DNA from: an uncultured virus (IMG/VR IMGVR_UViG_3300042542_005136) | Taxonomy: Duplodnaviria > Heunggongvirae > Uroviricota > Caudoviricetes | IMG/VR virus record: IMGVR_UViG_3300042542_005136 | Direction: 5' to 3' (one strand) | DNA: 64,000 bases | Shown here: positions 45,982 through 55,200 of the stretch, one piece after another | Position numbering within the stretch: position 1 is the first letter of the stretch | How the letters are laid out: the number at the start of each line of letters is the position of its first letter | Position numbers and translations under genes: made by a program | Notes under the pieces: generated by a model | Databases searched by the model: none | Told to the model about the DNA's origin: nothing | The model's input: only the letters and a program-made list of their open reading frames with translations

Positions 45982-46704
45982 TTACCGCCTTGTAAACGCA
46001 GTGTCAACAGAAGCCGTCATAAAAAGTTGGTTAAGGCTTGCAACATCAAGACAGCTACGCCTCCAGTTTTCGTGGGTTCCTTTTATTAATAATCCTTTCT
46101 CACGCAGCCACGCCTTAATTCGGCTTTCCATTGACCACGCCATTGCTCCGTCTAGCGGGCCAATAATACTAAGCGTTTTCCATCCTCTAGCCTTATGCGC
46201 CCTTAGTCTTGATTTCAAATTATTTGTAATTCCAATTTTTTGTTGATCTTCTTTTTTCAATAAATACAGCCAGGCTTGTTTGTCTTTTGAGTAGCATCTA
46301 CCACTGCAAGTTGGGCATCCAGTGCCATGGCTCGATCTCATATAAATTTGCGCGGTCCAGATATGCCCAGTCTCGCATCTCCATTCAACCTTTTTATTTG
46401 ACTGAGGCAAATAAAACCGAGGGTCCCATCCGTTCGCCTCTTTTGCCAATTCTGGAAACAATGTTGCTAGATCATTAACGCCAGAAATCGCAAGCTTTCC
46501 TGCGCAGTAAGGGCACTTAGTCTTACTACTTGTCCTGTGATTTATAGTTGCCATCCAAGTATGACCGTTGTGACAGATCCACATCTTTTTATCTTTTGTT
46601 GCAGATAAAAATTCAGATGGATTCCATCCGCATGCCTCTGCGGCTATTTCAGGGAAAAGCGTTTTTAAATCATTGATTCCAGTTTGCAAAAGTCGAACCA
46701 TCAT
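45982..46704 (-). CDS. Zinc-ribbon repeat (DUF4379-like) + GIY-YIG-like endonuclease
   Basis: Two WxC..GHxW...CPxC repeats; LYLL...KIGITNNL..RLRAH; AT-rich insert. Confidence 0.75.
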   Translation of the reverse strand: MMVRLLQTGINDLKTLFPEIAAEACGWNPSEFLSATKDKKMWICHNGHTWMATINHRTSSKTKCPYCAGKLAISGVNDLATLFPELAKEANGWDPRFYLPQSNKKVEWRCETGHIWTAQIYMRSSHGTGCPTCSGRCYSKDKQAWLYLLKKEDQQKIGITNNLKSRLRAHKARGWKTLSIIGPLDGAMAWSMESRIKAWLREKGLLIKGTHENWRRSCLDVASLNQLFMTASVDTAFTRR

Positions 46705-47465
46705 CCTTTGTCCATTGTCAAGGACATCGCCTTTCCTCCAGGATAATACTGCTCAAAGTAGCGCCGCACAGTGTCTGCCGTGATGCGCTGCTGGTTGATC
46801 AGTTCAAAGCCGTCAAGGTGGACGAGCTGCAATGACGGCTCGCTTTCTTCGTTTTCGGGGTCGTAGCAGGCAATGACGCACCATGCCTCATCAATGGGTT
46901 GCTGGTACATTTGCTCTACTGCCATGGAATAGGCACCTAGCTGCCGCTTGTAGTCGGCCAGTTGGTAATCAGGCTTCTCCTTGTAGCTGGTCTTCCAATC
47001 GACCAGAGCAATGGCGCCGCCGGTCATTTGCGCCACCATGTCGAGCGTGCCTGAGTAGCCAATGCCAAGGCCAGCGTCATACCAGGCCACGGCACTCTCC
47101 ACTAGCAGCGGCTCTTGAATGCCCTCTAAGAATGGCTCTACTGCTTCAAAGTAGGGGCGCCAGTCGGGAGCTTTGTCAAGGTGGTGCTCAATATCTTCCC
47201 CATCGAAATGATCTTCCAGCACACCGTGCATCCAGGTGCCACGATTGGCTGCAAGGCGAGTGCGGCGATTGGCTTCATCAGCTCCCACACGCTTGCGCCA
47301 GTTAATCAGGGCCATCACCTTTGCCACAGGAGCCATGGCCGAAAGGAAGGTAGTGACGGAAGGCAGGACGATACCCTCCGGCACATTGGGAAACCCTTCG
47401 TTGATGTAGTGGCGTTTGCCGTTGAGGCTGATGCGCTTCGGCTCAAACTGCTCAAACGAAGGCAC
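46701..47465 (-). CDS. PD-(D/E)XK exonuclease (Cas4/RecB-like)
   Basis: LPSVTT, WRKRVG, RGTWMH, YSGTLD, LVDWKTS, QLGAY; start codon uncertain. Confidence 0.85.
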   Translation of the reverse strand: MPSFEQFEPKRISLNGKRHYINEGFPNVPEGIVLPSVTTFLSAMAPVAKVMALINWRKRVGADEANRRTRLAANRGTWMHGVLEDHFDGEDIEHHLDKAPDWRPYFEAVEPFLEGIQEPLLVESAVAWYDAGLGIGYSGTLDMVAQMTGGAIALVDWKTSYKEKPDYQLADYKRQLGAYSMAVEQMYQQPIDEAWCVIACYDPENEESEPSLQLVHLDGFELINQQRITADTVRRYFEQYYPGGKAMSLTMDKG

Positions 47466-47505
47466 GGTGGCTGCCAAACAAAGGTCTAGACAAGCCACTG
47501 TACCG

Positions 47506-47637
47506 TCAACGACTAGGAATGCAATAGCCGCCAGAGCTGTAGTAGCCAAGCGGGCAGGAGCCGTTTTTGATGATGGGCTGGTTGCAAGCTGCAGCAGTGA
47601 TGGGCAAAAAGCAGAAGAAAATGAGAACGATTTTCAT
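47506..47637 (-). CDS. Small secreted Cys-rich peptide (43 aa, not in ORF track)
   Basis: MKIVLIFFCFLPITAAACNQPIIKNGSCPLGYYSSGGYCIPSR. Confidence 0.55.
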   Translation of the reverse strand: MKIVLIFFCFLPITAAACNQPIIKNGSCPLGYYSSGGYCIPSR

Positions 47638-47903
47638 GGTCGGGGAAACGAAAGACTTACTTTGGGGTGGTCAATGATCGCGCCAGTGTCACGGTCCCAA
47701 GTGGTGCCGCAGTCTGGGCATTGATAGGCATAGCCTTTGTCCGTCTCCCATGACGACAGGAGAATCACGCGGCTGAACCATTTGGAGCCGCCAAATAAAT
47801 GACGGCTTTCTTCTGGAATCGGCTGGTCGTGCCAGAGACTGCCGCATTCAGGGCAATGTTGCAGCTCATCAAACCGCATAATGTTCATCGAGAGGGTTGC
47901 CAT
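47634..47903 (-). CDS. Zinc-finger hypothetical protein
   Basis: CPECG...CPDCG. Confidence 0.65.
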   Translation of the reverse strand: MATLSMNIMRFDELQHCPECGSLWHDQPIPEESRHLFGGSKWFSRVILLSSWETDKGYAYQCPDCGTTWDRDTGAIIDHPKVSLSFPRP

Positions 47904-47960
47904 TTTCGTCGCAGGCAATCAGGCCCGCAAAGCTTCTTGCGAGCCTGGCTGCTGCTCTAT

Positions 47961-48929
47961 CTACTTTTTTCCCTCCACATATGCCTTGACCCATTCAATG
48001 GCAGCATCAGCTCCATCAAGACAAGCGGCACGCAGGCAATCAATTTCTTTTGCCATTGCCACCTTTGTAATCTTGATGCCTTCTTCCTTTGTCCATGAAG
48101 TGACCATGGTGCTGATGACATTGGCAAACATTTCAGCATCCTGAATGTCTTCGCCTTTTGCCAAGCCAAGGGCCTGCAGCGCATTCTTGCCCAGCATCAG
48201 GCTTGCACGCTCATCAGCTTTGCCGAGAGGATTAGCTTTGCAGAAGCTAAGAAGCGCTCCTTTGCCATCGAACTCACTGGCTCCATTAGAGGCAGAAGTC
48301 CCATCGCCTCCAGATGCTGCAGCAGGCTCTGCAGCCTTTTGTTCCTTCGCGACAGTCCGCGCTTCAGGCTTCGGGCTTTCCTGTTGGAGCGGGAGCCTGG
48401 ACGTTGTTTCTTCATCGGCTTTAGGAATGTCTTCACCTGCATAAAGCTTGAGGCCAAGGCCGGTGAAGGTGGCAATGCACTTAACACTGGCACGTTGGAT
48501 GTTGTCGCTCACTTGACGAGCATCCAGCTCCTTCACTGCGTTGTGCTTGTTGTCCATCACGGGGAACACCAGCGCAGGAGTGCGTCTAATGCCGTCCGTC
48601 AAATAAGGACGCAGCAGCCAGCAGCCATCTCGGCCAAATACTGGCCAGCCAGCTTCCTTTTCTTCAAAGGCAACGAACACGCCAGGAAATTGTTCGTTGA
48701 GGTAGCGGAAGGCAAAAGGCCAAGACAGGTAGGACAGCCCTTTGTAGTTCTTCTCAACGTGATCGCCAATGGGAAGCTCATAAGCTTTCTTAAAGGCTTC
48801 AGGAGAAATGTCAAGGGGCGAAAAATGGCCAAGCATGCGCTCAGTGAGCAAGGCTTCGTTCACGGCAGTCACGGGAAGAGTCATGGAAGCAAAACTAGCA
48901 GGGTCGTAGGAGAGGAAGGAGTGGTTCAT
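47961..48929 (-). CDS. Sak3/DUF1071-type single-strand annealing protein
   Basis: VEKNYKGLSYLSWPFA, PVMDNKHNAV, IQRASVKCIA..GLGLKLYAGEDIP. Confidence 0.82.
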   Translation of the reverse strand: MNHSFLSYDPASFASMTLPVTAVNEALLTERMLGHFSPLDISPEAFKKAYELPIGDHVEKNYKGLSYLSWPFAFRYLNEQFPGVFVAFEEKEAGWPVFGRDGCWLLRPYLTDGIRRTPALVFPVMDNKHNAVKELDARQVSDNIQRASVKCIATFTGLGLKLYAGEDIPKADEETTSRLPLQQESPKPEARTVAKEQKAAEPAAASGGDGTSASNGASEFDGKGALLSFCKANPLGKADERASLMLGKNALQALGLAKGEDIQDAEMFANVISTMVTSWTKEEGIKITKVAMAKEIDCLRAACLDGADAAIEWVKAYVEGKK

Positions 48930-49189
48930 TTAACAATGGACGAGTCGAGCTTGTAATGATTGTCATAGAAAATGACAAGCTTCTTGGGCTTTTCGCCTTC
49001 GTAAGTGGTCAGGCTTGTACCAGGAAGAGGCCAATCTTCTACAATTCGCACATCGCTAATGCCTTCAGTGGAAGCCTCTTCATAACCCTCATCAATAGCC
49101 GTTTCTTCAAAGCAGAGAAGAATGGGCATGTCGGGGCCATGCTGGGCTTCAGCCTTGGCAAGGATTTCGCGCAGTTCGGAAACATTCAT
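48926..49189 (-). CDS. Hypothetical protein
   Basis: MNVSELREIL...HGPDMPI; N-terminus similar to the upstream gene. Confidence 0.65.
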   Translation of the reverse strand: MNVSELREILAKAEAQHGPDMPILLCFEETAIDEGYEEASTEGISDVRIVEDWPLPGTSLTTYEGEKPKKLVIFYDNHYKLDSSIVK

Positions 49190-49452
49190 TTGTCGTTACA
49201 AAAGATGGTAAGGAATTTGTCGTCGAGAGTGGAAGAGCGATCGCTTGAGAGATCGATGCCAGGTAAGTTCTCCGCTGATGAACCTGCGTAAGAACTCATC
49301 ACTCGCAAAGACACGCTCATGAGGTCTTCAGCTCTGCCCAGTTCGTAGCAGTATTCAGCAGAATACGCCCCAACAGGCATGTCGCCAAATTCTGCAACGC
49401 ATTGCTCCAGCAGGAGAATCATCTCCGAAACAAAGAGAGTTTTAGTTTCCAT
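49186..49452 (-). CDS. Hypothetical protein
   Basis: VSEMILLLEQ...FGDMPV. Confidence 0.6.
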   Translation of the reverse strand: METKTLFVSEMILLLEQCVAEFGDMPVGAYSAEYCYELGRAEDLMSVSLRVMSSYAGSSAENLPGIDLSSDRSSTLDDKFLTIFCNDK

Positions 49453-49666
49453 GGTCTCCGGGAATGGAATGGTCGATGATGCTGGGCCACACTTCGTCTT
49501 TAAGGATGTCCGCCTCGTAAAAGCTGAAGCCCCGAAGAATCCGCTCCACGGCCTCGGACTTGCTAAGTTGGGCGGCGCTTGAAATGGCCGAAAGGTGGGC
49601 ATAGGCTTGGTCAGAGAGGGTAAGGTGGCGGCGACGCTTGCCGCCTTCATAAAGGCTGGTGGGCAT
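49442..49666 (-). CDS. Ribbon-helix-helix-like DNA-binding protein
   Basis: KRRRHLTLSDQAYAHL...LSKSEAVERILR; first gene of the leftward operon. Confidence 0.6.
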   Translation of the reverse strand: MPTSLYEGGKRRRHLTLSDQAYAHLSAISSAAQLSKSEAVERILRGFSFYEADILKDEVWPSIIDHSIPGDHGN

Positions 49667-49805
49667 GGTTTTGTCGAGGGCTTCCCGAGCATAGGCCCAC
49701 AAAGCCCTCCTGCAAGCCCTTTCAGTCATTAGCTTTTCTTATGGCCCACAAGCCTTGCGGCAGCAGGCTCGCGGTGGCATGATGGTCTGATTCCTCCCAT
49801 GCTGC

Positions 49806-51788
49806 ATGGCCTTTAACATCCTCGACTTCCTCGAGCAACTCGAGCCCAGCAACGAGAAGGGCAAGTTCGTCTGCCCCGCATGCGGCGGCAACGACTTCAC
49901 GGTGAACAAGACCACAGGCGGTTACAACTGCTGGCACGACCCCAGCTCCGCTCATAGGGCCGACATCCGCAATGTGCTGGCTCCAATGGTGCGATGGGAA
50001 AAGCCCTGCAGGGAGACTGGCTCGCATCACTTCCCCTACTACAACAAACAGCGCGAAGAAATCGTGCGGGTGCATCGAGACGATTCGAGCGGCTCAAAAC
50101 GCATCTGGCAAGAATTTCCCACCATCCCATCGGACGCCACCAACCAGAAGGCGCTCCTGCAAGAGATGAAAGCCGGCATTTTGCCGTACAAATATTCGGA
50201 AGCCGTTGACGAGAGCCAGAAGACTGGCCTGCCCATCGTTGTCGTTGAAGGTGAACTCACCTGCGAAGCCTGCTGGGCTATTGGCCTGCCTGCTGTCACC
50301 TTCCTTGGCGGATCAAAGCAATATCGCACCAACGGCGACTACAGCCAGCTTTTCAAGGGACAGAAGATTGTCCTGGCTCCCGACAGGGATGAACAAGGCG
50401 TGGCCTTCATGGCAGAAATCGCCAATGACAATCCTGGAGCATCATGGCTGTATGCCGATCCGCGTTCGTGGGAATGGGACAATCTCCCGCCCGGAAATGG
50501 CTATGACTTAGCTGATTACATTGAAGAAGGCGCCACGAAAGATGAACTGCTTTCTTCCATTGTCACCAAGAGCCGCCACAAGAATCAAGACGGCAAGCCT
50601 TCTTACGAGGAGATTATCTCCACGGTAGAGAATTTCGTTGGCCTTTATGCCAATGATGCTCGCATTGCTTACGAAACCAGCTCATGGTTGGAGCAGCGTG
50701 CAGTGAAGATGAATCAGCAAAACATTGACAAGATCATTGAAGAAGCAAAAGGACGCATATATGGCAGGGAAGAAATTGAAACCATTGATGCTCTGACCAT
50801 TGCCAACTCCGACAAAGCTCGCGACTGGCTGATTGCTGGCATCATGCCGCTTGGCACTGTGATGCTACTAGCAGCTTCTGGCGGCACCGGCAAGAGTACT
50901 GTTGCCTACAACTGGGCGCTGCACATTGCCCTTGGCACGCCATGGTCTGGACGGCGCTGCATGAAAGGCAAGAGCCTTATCATTCAAAGCGACGAGCCTT
51001 TGGTGGATACCAGCGAAAAGCTTGGTGTGATCGGCTATGAAGATGCTGGCTTGGATCCTGGCACCATTGCATTCTGGGAAACTTGGCGCTTTGCTCACAT
51101 GCGACAGTTGGAAGATTACGTTCGTAAGCATCGCCCATTGTTTATTACCATTGACTCCCTCACCGCGTGCCTTGCGGGCATGGACGTGGATCTAATTAAA
51201 AGTAATGCTGGCGATGTTATTTATGGTCTGCGTGATATTGCCAACACTTACAAATGTTCCATTCTCATTCTTCACCATTTGAACAAAAGCGGAGGACTTC
51301 GTGACTCAACAAGCTTTGTCGATAATGTTAGCGAAGTGGTGAAACTTACCAAGCCTGAAAATAATTTTGACGGCAGTCAGTTTCATCTTGAATGGCTTAA
51401 GAGCAGGAGTGGTCTCACTGGCAAGCATATGCTTCGCCGCGATGCATTGAACTATGGCTGGGAATATGCTGGCCCTCTTGGCGGAAGCTTGGAAGAGCTG
51501 GATCGCGTGGTGAACACCATCAACATGCGTAAGCACGAACGCTTCACCAAACAACAAGCGGCAGCAATGGCTGGAGCATTTGACATTGCTGGCACGAGCA
51601 AAATGCTGGAAGTGGCCAGAAGGCAAGGCTTGATCACCAGCAGCTTTGAGAATGGTCCCAATGGAGAAAAACAGAGAGTGTATCATTCTTGGGAATACCA
51701 AGAGCCCGACCTTGATTTCGAGAGCAATCACTCTCCCGCTGCTCCCGCAAAAGAAAGCGACAGCTCCCTTGATGACGAATTCTTTTAA
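49806..51788 (+). CDS. Primase-helicase (Zn finger + TOPRIM + RecA-like AAA_25)
   Basis: CPACGG...YNCW, VVEGE, PDRDEQG, ASGGTGKS, ITIDSL, ILHHLNK. Confidence 0.88.
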   Translation: MAFNILDFLEQLEPSNEKGKFVCPACGGNDFTVNKTTGGYNCWHDPSSAHRADIRNVLAPMVRWEKPCRETGSHHFPYYNKQREEIVRVHRDDSSGSKRIWQEFPTIPSDATNQKALLQEMKAGILPYKYSEAVDESQKTGLPIVVVEGELTCEACWAIGLPAVTFLGGSKQYRTNGDYSQLFKGQKIVLAPDRDEQGVAFMAEIANDNPGASWLYADPRSWEWDNLPPGNGYDLADYIEEGATKDELLSSIVTKSRHKNQDGKPSYEEIISTVENFVGLYANDARIAYETSSWLEQRAVKMNQQNIDKIIEEAKGRIYGREEIETIDALTIANSDKARDWLIAGIMPLGTVMLLAASGGTGKSTVAYNWALHIALGTPWSGRRCMKGKSLIIQSDEPLVDTSEKLGVIGYEDAGLDPGTIAFWETWRFAHMRQLEDYVRKHRPLFITIDSLTACLAGMDVDLIKSNAGDVIYGLRDIANTYKCSILILHHLNKSGGLRDSTSFVDNVSEVVKLTKPENNFDGSQFHLEWLKSRSGLTGKHMLRRDALNYGWEYAGPLGGSLEELDRVVNTINMRKHERFTKQQAAAMAGAFDIAGTSKMLEVARRQGLITSSFENGPNGEKQRVYHSWEYQEPDLDFESNHSPAAPAKESDSSLDDEFF

Positions 51789-51836
51789 GGAGGTTATGAC
51801 TGGCTTATAATTATGGCTAGTGCATAATTGTCGATA

Positions 51837-52019
51837 ATGAAGATCATCTGGGCCGATCACGATCCTTCTTGGGGAGTCTCTAATCCTTTATGGGACGAGC
51901 CTTCTCGGGAAGAAGCAGAGGCTGAAGCATTAAAGGCCAAAGAATCTTCTCCGTCGGGAATTACGAAAGAAGCTGCCCAAGAAAAAAGCTCCTGGAAGGA
52001 GCAAAAAGGGTTCGGTTGA
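51837..52019 (+). CDS. Hypothetical protein
   Basis: Short ORF ending KGFG; CATAAT upstream. Confidence 0.5.
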   Translation: MKIIWADHDPSWGVSNPLWDEPSREEAEAEALKAKESSPSGITKEAAQEKSSWKEQKGFG

Positions 52020-52118
52020 TTGCATGTTGCTTACGGGTAGCAATAGCCTGTGTGGCCAAAAAAAGCCTGATAGAGGCAGAACGCTAGAAATAGCACAGAT
52101 GCCACCTTTTTGGTGATG

Positions 52119-52400
52119 TCAACAAAATGGTTTTTCACAAGTATGTTGGTTACTGGGTTTCAAGCTCGACGGCTTGGGGCGGCGGGCGGCGCGGAGAGCT
52201 GGATACTTTCGCTCACTCATTACTTTGCTAGCTAACCACTCTAAGCACGCCTCCAATTCTTGGTCTGCACCAGCTTGGAAACCATTCCTCCAGGCACAGT
52301 CCAGCACATAATCAACGTTTTCTCGTTCGTTGAGAATGTCGTCCTCCCACTGCTTAAATTCCTCTTGCGGCGGGCTAATCGGGTGTTGCTGGTCAGTCAC
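52119..52400 (-). CDS. Paralog family A protein, lacking the last block
   Basis: HPISPP, FQAGADQELEAC, LRAARRPKPSSLK, then diverges. Confidence 0.7.
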   Translation of the reverse strand: MTDQQHPISPPQEEFKQWEDDILNERENVDYVLDCAWRNGFQAGADQELEACLEWLASKVMSERKYPALRAARRPKPSSLKPSNQHTCEKPFC

Positions 52401-52581
52401 TGGTTTGGTTCAGATAGTCGGTTTGTGAAATTGTTGGCAATGGATCACCAAGTGCTTCAAGGGCGCAGATCATGCACCAGTGCCCTTCGTGGCCTTTGAT
52501 GTTGCTTGCGATGGTATGCGGGTGTGTTCCATGCTTGGGGCAGATCACGCCAAAGCCGGCCCATGTGTAGAAATCAGTCAT
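52393..52581 (-). CDS. Small zinc-binding hypothetical protein
   Basis: CPKHG...WCMIC; starts MTD. Confidence 0.65.
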   Translation of the reverse strand: MTDFYTWAGFGVICPKHGTHPHTIASNIKGHEGHWCMICALEALGDPLPTISQTDYLNQTSD

Positions 52582-53069
52582 TGATTTCCCCAGCGACCGA
52601 GAACGGCGCGAGCGTATTCCAGTGCAACGGTGTTAAGCACAACGCGAAAGAGACCCGGCTCGACTTGGCCGCCAGTGGCTGTGGAGTACACACTGGAAAC
52701 AGCCGCAAACTCATCCCGCATGGTTTCGGGCATCAGTTCCAGCAGTTCCTCATCTGTTGGCATCTGCGGCTCGGGCTGGTCGAGATAGGCACGAGCTTCG
52801 GCCAGCAAATCAAGTTCATCCTTTTCGTACCAGCACTCCCATTTCATGAGCATTTCTAGCGCATCAATGAATCGCCGGATCAAATCTCTGGGCTTGGCAT
52901 CACATCGGTTTGTTGCGGTGTTCTGCTTGAGAAACTCCACCATCAAGCGGTGAGCTTCACCAGCATCGGCAATAAACTGGCCCCGATAGTGAAAGCCTTC
53001 TTTGTCGAGGCGGATGATCTCTTCGGTGGGCGTGTTGAGTGTGATGTTGCTGATTGGTTGGTCAGTCAT
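52578..53069 (-). CDS. Paralog family B protein with an N-terminal extra domain
   Basis: EARAYLDQPEPQMPTDEEL...YARAVLGRWG; starts in the ATGACTGA overlap. Confidence 0.7.
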   Translation of the reverse strand: MTDQPISNITLNTPTEEIIRLDKEGFHYRGQFIADAGEAHRLMVEFLKQNTATNRCDAKPRDLIRRFIDALEMLMKWECWYEKDELDLLAEARAYLDQPEPQMPTDEELLELMPETMRDEFAAVSSVYSTATGGQVEPGLFRVVLNTVALEYARAVLGRWGNQ

Positions 53070-53406
53070 CGAGTTGCTCCAGGGCGCGGCGGATGGTGTT
53101 GTAAGTGTTCTGTTTGTCGCCGTGATCTGGATTGCCATAGACGTAAGCATCCAAGGCGGCGTAAGCCTGTTCTTTCAAGCTCGGTGGCTTGGGGCGGCGG
53201 TAATTATAAAACTCAATTACATCTTCTTCTTCCCACGCAGCGCACTGCTTAAGGTAATTTCCACAAGCTAGTAACTCTTTATCGGCGCCCCACTGGGTAG
53301 CTTCAATCAGTAGTTCATTGATTCCTTTGTTGTAATCATCATGCTGCTCAAACCAAAGCTGCAATAATTCTGACGGTGGGATGATTGGATGTTGTTGGTC
53401 AGTCAT
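53062..53406 (-). CDS. Paralog family A protein
   Basis: HPIIPPSEL, WGADKELLAC, RRPKPPSLKEQA, TIRRALEQLDD. Confidence 0.8.
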   Translation of the reverse strand: MTDQQHPIIPPSELLQLWFEQHDDYNKGINELLIEATQWGADKELLACGNYLKQCAAWEEEDVIEFYNYRRPKPPSLKEQAYAALDAYVYGNPDHGDKQNTYNTIRRALEQLDD

Positions 53407-53657
53407 TAGTCCTTTCCATTTGTGGATTTGGGGAGGTTGTCAAAACCATTAGGATTAATTGGATCAGGTAGGCCATCTTGGGGAAAGTTAAAAAACTTTT
53501 CTATCCTGTAAGCTTCATAGTCAAAACATTCAGCAACTGCAAACGAATCTAGTTCATACTTGAAAGCTAATTCGTGCAGGTCAAATGTTGTTGTGTCGCG
53601 CATTTTGTCAAGCATAAATGTGCGAACAATTTGTTTTCCTTGACTTGATAAGGACAT
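53406..53657 (-). CDS. Hypothetical protein
   Basis: 83 aa; TAATG coupling; weak similarity to 36514..36696. Confidence 0.6.
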   Translation of the reverse strand: MSLSSQGKQIVRTFMLDKMRDTTTFDLHELAFKYELDSFAVAECFDYEAYRIEKFFNFPQDGLPDPINPNGFDNLPKSTNGKD

Positions 53658-53896
53658 TGGTCGCTTTCTCTAAGTAGTGGCGATGATGTAGGTGATGCAG
53701 ATGAAAAAAACAATAATGACCAAGGCTTCCCACGGTCCCATCACTTGCCCTCCTTCCACTTGGCAGCATCACGCTCAGCTTGGCAGTTCTTGTCTTTGCC
53801 GTAGAGCCATGCAGCAGTGCTCTGGCCGGGTTTTGGGCCGTTACGAGGAAGCTTGGTCAAACGAGGTTCAGGCATGGTTGATTGAGAGGCTCGCTC

Positions 53897-53953
53897 ATTG
53901 TACACCTGTGTCAACCTTCTCTCGATCACTGTGCCAATTAAATGACTGTCACA
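53897..53953 (-). promoter_or_regulatory. Leftward promoter with an upstream palindromic site
   Basis: Imperfect palindrome TGTGCCAAT-N6-ACTGTCACA (53930-53953), 27 nt upstream of minus-strand TACAAT. Confidence 0.5.
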
Positions 53954-54130
53954 AGCCTGCTTGACTTAAGTATTACAATCCTCCCGTGACTGCTCTCCGG
54001 CATCTACGCGCCTGGGGACACCAGCCCGTTTCAGTCCCTGCGGCGCTTCTGACCAAAAGAATCGATGGGAAGGGAAATTTAGTTGGATTCTTAATAACCG
54101 CCTGTTATTGAGAATGCAAGTATCCTTCGC

Positions 54131-54271
54131 AAGCGCCATCGCGCAGGAGGCCCCCAGGCCGACCTTGTTCATGGCGCTTTAATTTCCTTTCCATTGACTT
54201 CTTCTGAAAAATGACTATTGTGGGAAGGCCGCTCGCGCAGGCGAGCCCCAGCGAGCTTGTTCAAGCGGCCT
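54131..54271. ncRNA. Duplicated structured element with covarying stems
   Basis: 54131-54179 and 54226-54271 share CGCGCAGG...CCCA...CTTGTTC inside different closing stems. Confidence 0.5.
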
Positions 54272-54291
54272 GTAGTTAATCTTCTTGATCA

Positions 54292-54534
54292 ATGCCCACA
54301 GCTCCTCTCGCTCCAGACAGACTCCCTCTGCTCGAGCACAACGGAACAACGATCGAGGTGTACCAGCACCATGGTTATTCCAGGCCCGACAGAGGTCCCC
54401 TGCCTCCCAGCAGAATCCTTTACGCTGCTCGTGATCAAAATAACGAGCGCCATTGGAGAGGAAGCCTTGATGAAATCGAAAGCCTGATTGACCGAGGCTT
54501 TGTCGTGGCAACGATTAGCGGAGGCAGTCTGTGA
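54292..54534 (+). CDS. Hypothetical protein
   Basis: 80-aa ORF, first of the rightward operon. Confidence 0.6.
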   Translation: MPTAPLAPDRLPLLEHNGTTIEVYQHHGYSRPDRGPLPPSRILYAARDQNNERHWRGSLDEIESLIDRGFVVATISGGSL

Positions 54535-54851
54535 TGGACAATGAAGAGCTAATTAGCCTCCTAAAAGAAATGGAAGCTATCAAAGCAAATCAACGCGCAT
54601 TGTCCGAAAAGGAACAGCAATGCCGCGAAGATATTTTTGCTCTCATGCAAGACCTTGGTATTGATCAAGAGAAAAGCAACTATGGCAACATTCGCCTGCA
54701 GCGCAGAGCAGAAAAAGACTATGGCGAAGCCATTAAAATGCTAGAGCGCCAATTGAAAGAAGCCAAAAAACTGGCTGATGACATGGGCGACTATCAAATT
54801 AAAGGCTACAAAGAAAGCCTTGTTTACACTCCTCCAGTTGAGCTGTTTTGA
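54534..54851 (+). CDS. Hypothetical coiled-coil protein
   Basis: GGAGG RBS; coupled to the upstream stop. Confidence 0.65.
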   Translation: MDNEELISLLKEMEAIKANQRALSEKEQQCREDIFALMQDLGIDQEKSNYGNIRLQRRAEKDYGEAIKMLERQLKEAKKLADDMGDYQIKGYKESLVYTPPVELF

Positions 54852-55009
54852 CCGCACCATTAACCAAAGCGGAAGTCACTGCTCTTATTGATCAAAAGAT
54901 AAGAGAGCATGAAATTCGCATTGGCGTAATTAGCGGCCTTGCGGGAGTCTTGTTTATCGCAGGACTCTCTTATTTCCTTTCCATTGTTTACCTTGCTACC
55001 ATCAGATGA
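54848..55009 (+). CDS. Small membrane protein (not in ORF track)
   Basis: LTKAEVTALIDQKIREHEIRIGVISGLAGVLFIAGL... Confidence 0.55.
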   Translation: MTAPLTKAEVTALIDQKIREHEIRIGVISGLAGVLFIAGLSYFLSIVYLATIR

Positions 55010-55182
55010 GCGCCCCATTTATTCCTTTACCATTGCTCTCTGACAGGGAGTGGAAAGAGCTAAATGTATTGCGCAAAGCCATTAGCGACAGCCCTTCAGC
55101 AGTGGTGCCAGAGCAGCAAGAGCGTTTTGCTGCATTGTTTGCTAGAAGCTTGCTTGGTAAAGGCGACAAGCCCTTAAAATGA
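55006..55182 (+). CDS. Hypothetical protein (not in ORF track)
   Basis: LSDREWKELNVLRKAISDSPSAVVPEQQERFAALFARSL. Confidence 0.55.
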   Translation: MSAPFIPLPLLSDREWKELNVLRKAISDSPSAVVPEQQERFAALFARSLLGKGDKPLK

Positions 55183-55200
55183 TTTTACTGCCCATTGACC

